In this document: piece by piece, positions 23,132 through 34,451 of the stretch
Numbering within the stretch: position 1 is the stretch's first letter
Layout: each line of letters begins with the position of its first letter
Source: Neophaeotheca triangularis
Lineage: Eukaryota
Assembly: GCA_054600435.1 (NCBI GenBank)
Contig: BAAIJX010000018.1
Location: forward strand, 1 to 64,000
Direction of reading: 5' to 3'
Length of the DNA: 64,000 nt
Translations under genes and position numbers: made by a program
The notes under the pieces: model-generated
What the model saw: only the letters and a program-made list of their open reading frames with translations
The model's database searches: none
What the model was told of the DNA's origin: nothing

Positions 23132-24032
23132 GGGAAGTTGTGTTTGGGCTGGCTGTTCTTTACACAATAGCGAAGGCGCGAGGCGTTATCTTTTTGGACC
23201 AGCTAAAGAGGATATACCCATTGGGATGTATAGTGGTATCAAAATGAGTTTCGAGCGTTCAACGCGTTATCTCAGACACTGCTACGTAGGTGACCCGTTG
23301 CTTTTAAGCGATTGCGGCCAGATTGATGTGGCGGCAGCCCCCAGACAACGGGGGGATATCTCGTCTTTCACGCCAACGACACTGCATGCGTTCTCAAATG
23401 CCATACGTTCATTCCGGCCTGGTGCGATTGTATGGCTTGCGGCGACCAGCTTGCAAGCGGTGCTCTCGACAAGCAGAGCTGCTTCACTTAGAAGGTACCT
23501 TAGCCCAGCATTCGAGCATGACTACCTTACATACTGTATGCATGCATGGTCCCTCGTGTAGCTGTTCTACTTCGACTTTGACCATGCTAGCTGGTTCCTC
23601 GGCAGTTCTTGTCAAGACATCAATCCAGTTTCGGCACAATTGAAAAGCCCTACTATCTTCTGAGGCATTCTCTCATGAAGACACTCTTGCTCACGTGCCA
23701 TCTCGAGTGCAGAATGCCAGGCGCACTTACTGCGACTGAGCATCTGAGTGCGGGTCCGCCCGCTCCTCGGGCTAAGCTTAGAAGGCTTGGCCCCGACCGC
23801 AGACCCAGAATCTTCAGTGCACGGACCCTTCACACTTCCTCAACATCAAGCCGAGACGAAGTAACATATTGGAAATAATATGCATTACGGAACTACAACT
23901 ATAGTGGTATATCATCTCGGACGTGTGGAATCTCCAGAAATCCAGATCCGACAAGCATCCGTCAACAAACGCCTTCGCTATGCTTCGAAACACGAACCAT
24001 CAAGTCGTTAACACAGAAGAGGAGAAAATCCT

Positions 24033-26187
24033 CTAGAGCCCACTGTCGATTTGGGGCACCACCTCTTGGCCGGACCATGTGCTCCAATCGCGGCACGTCT
24101 GGCCCATGATTCCTGGCAGATTCATACCGTTTCGGATGTCTTCGCCACGCTCCAGGACGTTCAGGTAGAGGCCTGCGGATACGTGCCTGTTCCGGGATTA
24201 TTAGCAGGTGCTTCCACCACGTCTGAGCTCGTGCTTACTTACCAAGCGATGTGACAGTGCATTGGCCAAACGCCCGGGTTATCGGTCTCGAACTGGAGCA
24301 CCATGAACGCAGGAGTGTCGGAGTCCTTGGCGTTGTGAAGGATGTGGGTGTCTCGCCTCTGGGGGTTCTCCGGGTTGGCCACGGTGCCGTCCCATTCGCC
24401 AAAGCCTTCCGCGAGGACAAACATGTTGTGGCCGTGGATGTGCATGGGGTGGGCGCCTTGCAAGCCGTGGTTGTAGAGGACCATCCTCACAGACTTGGCG
24501 TCGCCGAAGTCGTAGACGTTGGCGAACGGATCGAATTCCTCACGGCCAAGCTTGGCTTCGAGTAGCAGAGGGTCGTTGTAGTCGGCCCTGAAAGTCGAGT
24601 TGTTCATGTAGAAGAGATTGTGGGTGCCATTGCTCTCGTAGGTGATGTCGACGACCTGCACCGTTTCGGGGTTGGGGTCCGGGGTGATGGGGAACATTGG
24701 TTGAGTGGTGGCCAGGTCATCGTTCCCGCAGTAGTCAATCTGCTCATCGGTGAGTGTGGAAGTTGTGGTCGGCACAGCGCTATCGTCCGCGTCCGGGTAG
24801 TAGATGGCGGCCACGGCTTCGGGGCTGACACCGTCGTGGAGAGTACACCCGCCTTCAAATGCTGAGTGACCAAGATTTGATCGTAGCCAAACAGCGTCAG
24901 TGGATTTGCCTATTGCCTCGACAATGACGTCCGTCCTCTGGCCAACGCCGAGCGTTACGTGGTCCATCTCGTATGGCTCCACCGGAACGAAGTCATTGGC
25001 AATGATTGTCATCTTGTACCCATCGATGGAGACTTTCTGGATGCCCTCGGCACCACCATTGATGAAGCGCATGCGGTGCTTCTTGCCAGTCTCGAATTTG
25101 AACTTGGCAATACCGGCGTTGGATGTGCAAGAGACGCCTTCGGTAGCGTTGGCGCAGGGGTAATTTCCTTTGCCGTTGATCAGGTTGTTGTTCGAAAGAG
25201 GTGGGGTAAGGCCTTCAGCAGCCGGTGCCATGACTTCCTCCAAAAGATCAAAGTAATCATCGTGGTACCAATCGGTCAATAGGACTGGGCCGAGATCAAT
25301 GTCGTAGTCGGCATTCTGCGGTCCGTGGATGATCATGGCTCCAAGAGCTCCTCCCGCGTACTGAGCAGAGTAGTGAGAGCTAACAAAAAGTCAGTTTGGA
25401 AAATTTTCGAGTGGCAAGAGGGATCAAACGCACTGGTACCAAGAGCTGCCATAAAGATCTGCGCGGAACCGGTAGGTAAAAGAAGAGCCCGGCGCAATGG
25501 GGCACTGGCTAAGACTCGGGACACCGTCGAACCACGGAGTCTCGCGCTGAAGAAGGCCGTGCCAATGGAGCGAAGTTCCTTCCCAGGTCAGGTTGTTGTG
25601 CACGACGACCTCGATCCAATCACCCCAGTTGGCTGCAAGTCGCGTTAGTACTAGGCCACTCGAGCGCGGAATGTAGAACGCATACCTTCGATCGTAGGAC
25701 CCGGGAACGCTTCGTTGATTACAAGCCCCTTCTTTTCGACACCGTCAGGAGCTATAATCATCTCGCCGACGGTAAAATCGTAGTGCCGCGTTACGCCAGT
25801 GTTGGGGCATTCTTTGTAAGGATTGCTGTGGTCTGCCGACTTGTCGCCCCAAGGTCGACCATGGGGCATCGGCTCGTTGGAGTTGTGGAGCCAGTGTGGA
25901 AGATGGGGTGCATGGAAAGTGCCAAGGTTGCTGTGCCCGTTGGTCCTCCATTGCGATAGGCGGCCCTTAGTATCCTGGCCATGAGGGAGCCATGCTGGGC
26001 CGTGGTAGTGATGACCGTTCGAACCGCCGTGGCGGAAGATTGGACCTGTCGGAGGGGGGAGGACGAAATTGTTTCCGTGGTGATGAACCGGCTGGAGGAT
26101 GGTATCGTTGGCAGCCTGCTCGACTGGAACGGCTTGAGTAGAGAGTAGCAGTGTTGCGCCAGCTAGGAGGCGTGCGGTCAAGCCCAT
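24033..26187 (-). CDS. Secreted laccase / multicopper oxidase (ascomycete type), 4 exons
   Basis: Signal peptide. All four copper motifs: HWHG, WYH-SH (split by an intron), HPMHIHGH and HCHIAWH. C-terminal DSGL* typical of ascomycete laccases. Confidence 0.95.
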
Positions 26188-29049
26188 CTTGATTGGGTGA
26201 AAGAAAGGGGAGGACTAAGAGGAGAACAGAAATGCTGCAAGAGAGGTGGTGGATTGGAAAAGACTAGCTATGCAGGGAGAACAGTCCCTTGATATATACC
26301 TCGCAACCTAGTAACATCACCAGTCGTAGAATCCACCACGTGGAACAGTGGACCGTTGCGGCGATGCTGAAGTACCTCCTATGACTAGAAGGATCAGATC
26401 CTGGCGTACGAGGTGTCATTAAGATTATAAAATTAGGATCTCTACGCAGCACTAACAACAACCTCGGCGGAGTCAGCCCTAGGAAGTGCAAGTTCGCTTC
26501 TACACAACAGAGTCCCCGACAATTGTATGCAGGCTGAGTGCAGGAGCCCGTCATTGCGGGACGAGGGAAGGCAAACTCCCAAAGCGAGGATGCAAGAAGC
26601 GAGTCGGAGAATAGCTCTGCGGTGGAGAGTGTCCGGAAAAGGAAGTCAAGGCGGTCATCAGCGATGCCTAGTGCCTTTGGTCTCTCCAACGACTGGCACG
26701 ACATTCCGTGGACTCGGGATCGACTTGACAAGCGGCGAAAAGGTGCATGGCAGGATCTGGAGGAGTGTCCAGACGACTGAGTACTGATTGGTTGACTATG
26801 CGTGTATTTTCGGAACGCAGATGGATGAAGAGGCTCGGCGGCTCAGGGCCTACCAACTTTCTATAGCAACGGCAGATCTATGATTATTGATACGGAGTGA
26901 GCGAGCTCCACACGGATCTCAACTCTCCGTAGTCGTTTTTTCTTTTTAGCTAGTGCCTCGCTACAATTCGAGCTTGCCGTAATTATTGCAACAATGCCCG
27001 CCTATAGAAGCGGGAGTGATGTTTTCCAACGTTGCTCCCCAGACAGATACACGATACATTGGACCGGCTAGACGGTACCGTTCAAAGTAAAAATCGCTTT
27101 CGGCGGCACTTCCAAGTCTTACAGGTAGATGTACACAGTACGAGGCTATTCGCTTACTGCAGGTCAAGCGGCACATAATTACTGCACTACCTCCATTCTG
27201 ATAGTCGCCCGACCCACAGCTGCTGTGGCTACTCTAGTAAGCGCAGCGCCGCGCTCTACGCACCTGCATCCATGAAGATGGATGCAGCACTACCTTACTA
27301 CAGCGTGGAGGTACAGGTGAAGACTGCGCGAAGCACGCCTAAAGCGCAGTCTGGCAGGGCTGAGTACTGTACTCAGGATTCGACACACATTTGCTTAGCT
27401 GCACGCTCTGGGATTGTCGTCTGGTCGCCCGTTAGCAGTACGAAGGCAAAGAATTGCATGGTTGTTCTCACCGCCACGCCACCGTCGTAGATGCACTACT
27501 AAAGGTAGGTGGATTAATCAAGATGGCTAAGAATTGAATGGAGACGTGAAGATACACTACTAGATGCACTACTATGCCACTACTCCTCCAAAGCTTATTC
27601 TATTGCTAATTCGAGATACGCAAAAGAAAAGTCTCCGCATTGCGCTTATCCTACGCCATTCCCAATCGAGACACACAAGCGAGGCCAACTTGTTAGTCTA
27701 TACATACGTACCTACAATAGGTTATTTTATTCTTGGAGTGACTGTACCTTGGGTAGCGGTAACAGCTGTCAGTAGCCTTTTGAGGCAAACGTATTGGCTC
27801 GTTAAGCAAAATACGAACAAACCTTTTTTCACGTGTATATTATTGACTGTATCTCAGCATACAGGATAGCAACCGGGTCTACATAGTGCACGCATTCAGA
27901 TCCATATTATTATTATTATTCAGGTCTGCAAGTACTTCTACTACTACTACTAGGTACATCATTATTTATCAAGCGCTCTCGCAGCACTAGCGCGAAGCTC
28001 CCACGGACGGGCGGCAGAAGACCAGTCCTGTCGCTTCCAAGGTTGTCATCACCTACACATACTTTAATATTATTACCCTTCGCGTATGCGAACGGCTTGC
28101 ATCCTACATGCGGCGAGGAGCTATTTCACCGTCTCGGCGCGCCTGGCTACCCTATCTGTATCAACCAAGCAACCGACGGCCTTCGCGGCGTTGCTTACAG
28201 ACGGCTGAGGCGTGCGCCCACTCTCCCTCCTCATTTGCGTCATGGAAGCTGTTTGACAACGTTTGCCCTCGGCCCTCCGCCCGGTCTCCGTACAGTGCGG
28301 CTACTACATGATGGTATGTTATCATTGACAGAAAGGAAGCCCTAACGGCCGGGCCATCGGCTTGGTGGGCACGATTGTTATCATAATCGCCACTTGCCTC
28401 CACTGCCAGAGCTGCGATCTCTGTTCGGCAGGTCATGCATCCGCAATACCCTTGGATGAGAATCGGCCAAATGCGCATCTCTTACTAGTCCCGATGTGTT
28501 TACCCTCTTAGAATCCTGCCCAGCCTTCTCTGAACGCCCCGTAAAGCAGCAATCTTTGTTTGGGTGCGACAAGAAGATCTGCACGAGAGGCCCACAACAA
28601 CAACAATAACAACATCGCCAAGACTATCAAAACGAGGTTTCCAAGGTGACAATAATATCAAAAAGGTCCAGGGTTTCGGCGCCATTTGGAAGGTCTACCA
28701 TGGTTCAGCTTGCCGGTTTTGCCATGCTACGGAGGTAGGCCATGAGCCGCCGTTGCTTCCTGGCGAAACTCAAAAGTTACCCTCTCCACGCTACCCACGC
28801 TACCCATCGGATCAACCTTAACGCAAGGATGCTGTCAATCGCGTGGCCGAAAATAAAACAAAAGAAAGACCTCCCCGGAGGAATTATTGTAGAAAGTATC
28901 TGCTAACGTCTATCTGATCTACTTTGTGATCCTTTGTCTTGTTTGTGGCATCAAAGAAACGGTATCTCCGTGAGATCGTAATCGCCATGAGGCGTGCGAT
29001 TACACGAAAGTGACTCTGTTGAGGCCAAGACAGCTGTCACCTCAATCCA

Positions 29050-30790
29050 GCCTGAGAACCAAGAGCACCGTCGATCCTCGCGGTTTTTCGCACGCACTCA
29101 CGTGGTAAGACCAGCTACCGCGCGTAAGATCAGCATGGTACCATTGGCAGGGTGGGTTTCGTGGAGCTGAATGAAGCCCAAATTCTGGCCGAAATCACAC
29201 CTTGAGCATAACAAACTCGATCGCGCATGGCAGAAATTGAGACAGATGTCACCGAGCTGGCCTTCTTCGTCTCAGCCTCATTCATAGGCTTGCGTTCCAG
29301 GTAGCCTCGCAACAGCAGCATATGCCGTCCGAATTTGGCTCACCAAGCATTTTGTTGTAATGTTTGCTTGTCCCAGCAAATCGACAGTTTTGTGGCGTTC
29401 CCATCGCATATGACCCTCGTCGACGAAGATGTCAGTCGTTGTCGCCTGCTCCAGATTGCTCGCGGTTCATTATACGTTTTGTGTGCTAGACTTGGCCTAC
29501 ATCTAGAGTCAGAACGCCCATACGTTCCGTATAACTTACTAAGTTGAGGCGGCACGCCGGTTTGGCAGACGTCCTGGGCATGATCGATCGCAGGGCCGAT
29601 GAGTGAAGCCAGTCGATATCAAGAACCTTCTCGATCAAGGCCCCCTGGCGGACGACCGCTCCGGCGATTTCGACAGCAAAGGGCGAGCGGGTGTCTCGGT
29701 ATCTGCCCATCCTTCTACGCATCGAGACCTGCCCAAGGTAGAGGGTCAAGCTTTGTGCGCCACCAAGGCAACGATTCACGGCTTGGGCAATCTGAATTGC
29801 GAGTGTGTTTTTGGTTAATTTGCGAGAAAGTACGATCTGGGCTAGTCACTCGACCCAATGCGTTGTGTAACAGTAACACCCATCGCCCATGTGTGTAAAA
29901 GAAGAAGCTTTCGGTCCCGCTCATAGCTTGCTGTGGACGAAAGAAGCCTCTAGGACTCTCGGGTGTAGAGGGAGGCACTCTTCGAAAGTAGGATGGTCCT
30001 GATTGGCTGGCCTCTGAAACTACTTGATCTGAAAATCATGCAATAGTATCGAAATGCCTTCGCCATCGTATTGGAGATCAGTGGCATGGTAAGTTGGTGG
30101 CGAGGAGGGTGGTTCGACTCGCGAGCTCTTGTTTTTTTTACTAGCTTTCTTGCAATTTATTGGTTTAAAAGGAAGTAAGATATGTTCAGAATTATAAGAG
30201 GGCTCTTCTAGGAAGTAAGCTTATAGTAAGTCTTTTTTACCGCTATGACGACCTACTAAAGCAATTGAACAACAAGAACATACATGATCGAGCAACTGTT
30301 AGACATCACGTTCCTCGACTTTGTTTCATTCACAAGTCCATCAAGTATCAGGCTTTTGGTAATTGTAATGGCCCTGGCGCAGTGTTCGATGCCTGCTCAG
30401 TGAAAGACGGTGACCCGTTAGATCGATTAATCGTCGTGAAGTCCAACGAGTCTCTAAAAGTGATAGGTGACGAGGGAAGGACGGTGGTGAGAGCGAGCAC
30501 AGGAGACTGACCCTAACCCTAGAGTAGATCGATCATAGCTTCTACATCAGCTTCGCCTAACGACAGTAGGACGCCAGGGTCTTGGACTACATAGTACCTC
30601 CATGCTCCCCAAACATGTAACGCACGCTATTTTGCGCACTAGAAGAACAGAGTCTCTGGATGGCTGAATGAGCAGTGAAACTTATACCTGAACGTCAAAA
30701 GGCGGCAAGCGAAGGCCGCGCTCGAAATCACCGAATAGGAGCTTCCAAGTAAGGTTGCCCTCGGCAATCTCTTCGAGCGCCGGATTGTCG
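29050..30790 (-). pseudogene. Degenerate DUF1399/GRDP-like (glycine-rich domain protein) pseudogene
   Basis: RRRMGRYRDTRSPFAVEIAGAVVRQGALIEKVLDIDWLHS, then VLTLDVGQV*HTK (stop 29486-29488), then frameshifted TSKHYNKMLGEPNSDGICCCCEA. These match the remembered family motif order. Core 29250-29760 is best supported; the ends are approximate and 30050-30790 is tentative. Confidence 0.7.
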
Positions 30791-30841
30791 AACGGACACT
30801 GCTGGAAGTGCGACTTCGTCTAATCTCTGATAGACCACGGA

Positions 30842-31714
30842 ATGGAGGCGTCACGCAGTCGCTGGTCCTATCTCTATCGAGATTATCTGCCCGCGCAGGC
30901 ATTGGCCAAGGACGAAGCACAGCCCAAGTGGCCTGTACACCTGGACCATTGTTTCGCTCGCATCATCCTCGACAACGCAGTCGGTAGAGATAAACCTTGG
31001 ATGTCGGTCGTGGAAGCCCCGGCCGTGAGGCATATGACTGCAGAGCAGCTGCAAGCCGCCATCTCTTTGGCAGAGCAAGTAGCAAATGGGCATGCGGATC
31101 TGGAAAAATTGAACGCACGCAGTCTTGAGATCCGTCGAGATTATGGCAGTGCAAGCAAGAAGCGCAAGCCAGAACAGTCGTCGGATGCAGGCACGGCCAA
31201 GAAGCAGCGACAAGCGACAGCTGGCCAGATATCTTCTTACTTCCAACAAAGCGATACCACTAGGCCTCTGCCGAAGTCGAAGCGAGAAGACACCACAAGC
31301 CTTGATACGAGCGCCGACCAAGAAGGCTCCGACGATTTCGATCATATGGACGAACAATTGAGGCGCATCGAGGAGTCCAATCTGACACCATTCCGCAAGC
31401 AACTGCTGCGACTTCTTTGCCAAATCCCTCGCGGAAGGTACAGCACGTACCAAGCAATGGCGGACCATGTCACCAAGACTTCACACAAGAGCTGTGCGCG
31501 GGCTGTCGGCAATGCCATGCGCAACAATCCTTTCGCCCCTGAGGTCCCTTGCCACCGTGTGCTGGCTACCGGCGGGCGTCTAGGCGGCTTTGGGGGCTCA
31601 TGGGGCGAAAATGGCAAGCATGCTGACAAGAAACATAAGTTACTTGGTGACGAAGGTGTGAAATTTGACAGTCGGGGCATAGTAAAGGGGCCACCATTTT
31701 GCGACTTCCATTGA
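30842..31714 (+). CDS. MGT1: O6-methylguanine-DNA methyltransferase with an extra uncharacterised N-terminal domain
   Basis: IPRGRYSTYQAMA, ARAVGNAMRNNPFAPEVPCHRV (active-site PCHR at 31547-31558), LGGFGG, K..LL..EGV.F. N-terminal ~98 aa contains WPVHLDHCFARIILDNAVG. Confidence 0.92.
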   Translation: MEASRSRWSYLYRDYLPAQALAKDEAQPKWPVHLDHCFARIILDNAVGRDKPWMSVVEAPAVRHMTAEQLQAAISLAEQVANGHADLEKLNARSLEIRRDYGSASKKRKPEQSSDAGTAKKQRQATAGQISSYFQQSDTTRPLPKSKREDTTSLDTSADQEGSDDFDHMDEQLRRIEESNLTPFRKQLLRLLCQIPRGRYSTYQAMADHVTKTSHKSCARAVGNAMRNNPFAPEVPCHRVLATGGRLGGFGGSWGENGKHADKKHKLLGDEGVKFDSRGIVKGPPFCDFH

Positions 31715-32321
31715 TCGTGAACCTCTCGACATCGAGAAAGCTTTGTTAAGACCCCGTTCAAGCCAAAGGCTCATTGTACGGATCTGTTGTACCTTCATCC
31801 CTGTGATACTCGTGCGCGTGGCGACACTATTGTGTCCCGTGACGTTGAAGCAGCGTCGGTGGTCGGATGTTCATGCAGGAGCGGTATGTTCTAAGTACAG
31901 GATACTGACACCAACTGTCCACCCTCGTTCTTTCTCCCCCGTTTCCCGAGTCAATCGAGATTTTGGTTTGTTGCATGGACGGGTGAATGCATCATTCAAG
32001 CTCGTCGAACTCTCGATGCTCAATCTTGCCATGTTGGCTACCCCGCCCCCGCGAAGGCTTGCGAATGCAAAGCATAACAGTCCGCCTCCAAGTCGGGATA
32101 TGTTGCCTGTTACATCGTCAGCCGCAAGTGGGGCGCGGCCAGACTTACCATTCCTGAGAGCGTCTGCCTCTCAAGCATATAATTAAGCCTTAAGGTGGTG
32201 GCAGGCAGGTTCGACATAACGTCAACGGCGGGACAAAGTTCTGGCTATAAGAACATGTCGCTTTCGCAGCGCAAGTTGCTCAACTTCCAACGTGCATTTG
32301 TTGACCAATCAAAGGCGAAAC

Positions 32322-33336
32322 ATGCCTGCAACAGTTCTCTCAGCGCCAGTGGCAGCCCACGAGCTCATTTACGAACCGCAACAGCTCCCCAAGCTCCGGT
32401 CCAACCATGGAGGATACCTCGACGAGTCGTCCGTGGCGCGCATGAGGCAAACGTCAATCGATGCCTCCACGGAGGAAATGCGACGGCGTTTCGAGGAAGA
32501 TGGCTACATCTGGGTTAAAAACGTCCTGCCCCGCGAAGATGTCAACGACATGCGTGAAGCCTATTTCAGACACCTCGAACCGACAGGCATCCTGAAACCA
32601 GGTACCTCGCCCCGGGACGGTATCTTCAACGAAGACGCCGACCCGGTCGTGCACAACGGAGTCGGTGGCGCAAATCTCCCAGAGTCCATGGATCGGGTGA
32701 CCAAACTCGTGGAAGCGCACACGATGCCTTTCTATCTTGCCTTCTTGGAACATCCACACTTGCGCTCATTCGTCAGAAGTTTCATGCAATGGGGAGCTGG
32801 TCAAACGGACATTGCTGCGGCACAACGTACCTCACGGTTTTAGCACCGGTATTCACTACGACCGCCTATTCCTACGCGCCGGAGAGGCGGACTTCCTCAC
32901 AGCCTGGGTACCGATTGGCGATTGTTCTGCGTCAGGCGGTGGTTTGATGTACTTGGAGCACAGTGATGACATTGGCCGCAACATGGAGGCCGACTTCACC
33001 AAGCGCGCCGAAAGTTTCACAGCCGAAGAGCGCATAAGTGGCTTCAACATGAACATGGCGAAAGATGGTCAACTCTCGCACAACGCCGAGGAGCTCACGA
33101 AGGACGTCCTAGACGGGCGTTGGGGTGGTGGCCAGGCGAAACGGAGATGGCTAATCGGTGACTACGAGGCCGGCGACGTTGTTTTCCACAACCCTTACCT
33201 CATCCATGGCGCCGCGAAAAACGAGGATCCCCAAGGCAGGATTAGGCTGAGTACAGACTTGCGGTTTTACGAGGAGGGGGCGCCTCTAGATGAGCGGTGG
33301 ATGCGCTCTGTCTGGCACCCTGACGACGGGCTGTAG
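32322..33336 (+). pseudogene. Phytanoyl-CoA dioxygenase (PhyH)-family Fe/2OG oxygenase split by a frameshift near 32793
   Basis: 5' frame FEEDGYIWVKNVLPRE..FLEHPHLRSFVRSFMQW. 3' frame LVKRTLLRHNVP..STGIHYD (HxD), TAWVPIGD, GGLMYL, AGDVVFH..LIHGA, RIRLSTDLRF. No intron-sized gap at the junction. Confidence 0.8.
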
Positions 33337-33479
33337 GGGAGTGTTGCGCTAGGCAACGATTCACATCTCTCATGCGCGCCCAGACAACCAATTCCCATGT
33401 CACGTAGATTTAATATCGGCTTTTCCACCTCAACTCAGCGTCAAGCACATTGGCGCGCTCGCTATGTACCGTGCGCTCA

Positions 33480-34074
33480 ATGCCAATACTCCTCAGCCTA
33501 GGTGCCCTCACCGTCTTCGCACTTGCGCAGGATGACATCGGTATTGCGCGACAACAATCAAGAAACTTAACAACAACTAACACGACACCCCCGGTAACGC
33601 GTGTCCCCTTCTTACCAGAAACGGAGAAAATCGCCCTATTCATAGTTTACAGCCACGACCGCCCAGGCGGCCCCAACCTTCGACGCCTCCTCCACAGTCA
33701 TGTGTAAGAACCTTTTTGCCCCTGGATGCACGGCCACACTTGCGCCGACAGTCTTGGCCACGAATACGGCATCATCTACGACCAGCGACTTCCGGGGCTC
33801 ATCATCACGACCAAAGAAGGAAAAGATGGAAGCCATGCTTTGCAAACGAGCCGTTGACCTGCCGGGAGAAGAGCAAGGGGCAAAGAGGAGGGAGCTGGAG
33901 AAGCGGACTTACACTAGGACCATGGAAAGGTGTGGTCTCTGGTGTGGTGCGTGCGATTTGAGACTTGCAAGTGTGTGGACTTTGACCGGCGGGCCGGAAT
34001 TTGGCATGGCCTTCTCTACTCTGGAGTATACTATGGCGGTGCCCGGAAACATGTCACTGGTGAGGCAGACGTGA
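33480..34074 (+). CDS. Candidate small secreted Cys-containing protein / Kex2-processed precursor
   Basis: MPILLSLGALTVFALAQ signal-like start. A putative intron 33541-33652 joins it to ORF 33700..34074, which has KR sites and CGLWCGAC. The acceptor branch point is weak. Confidence 0.4.
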
Positions 34075-34451
34075 GAGAGGCGCATACCTTGGATAGCATG
34101 GGCTGAGGCCGCTCTGGGAGATGTCGTGGGTATGGAGGTATTCATTGGCGAGTGCTCATTCATCGATTCATTTTAGTAGCTGTTTCGTTTTCGCTCCGAC
34201 TGCTGCAAATTTGACGAGCGTGATCACCACTCTCTCTATACCCTTGCGCCAACTGCGCTGTATTGGGATTCGTGTGTCGCAAGGCGAATTAGGAGGAGTG
34301 TCCCTGACCCTTTCAGAATCGGCCTGCTCCAAGCTTGGTTGTGACATGGCGTCTTTCTGCGCCCCCCGACTTACTCAAGTCACCCGAGTGCCACCTTCAA
34401 GTTCATATGATCGAGCTGTCTACAAAGATAATCGCGCAAGAGCCAAACCCC

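Noticed and set aside
27400..27895. TGCACGC metal-response-element matches upstream of the laccase
   Set aside because: Short degenerate motif more than 1 kb away; chance occurrence likely.
28120..28315. Fragments RLGAPG..C.N...GLRG, ASWK and NV-ALGP faintly resembling a GH3 glucosidase N-terminus (or a HET CINQ motif)
   Set aside because: Spacing is wrong, frames differ and downstream motifs are absent; needs tBLASTn before any claim.
30105..30130. GGTTCGACTC tRNA B-box-like sequence
   Set aside because: No T-stem pairing or cloverleaf.
30511..30521. CCCTAACCCTA as a telomerase RNA template
   Set aside because: Only ~320 nt before the MGT1 start, too little room for a filamentous-fungal TER, and no pseudoknot recognised.
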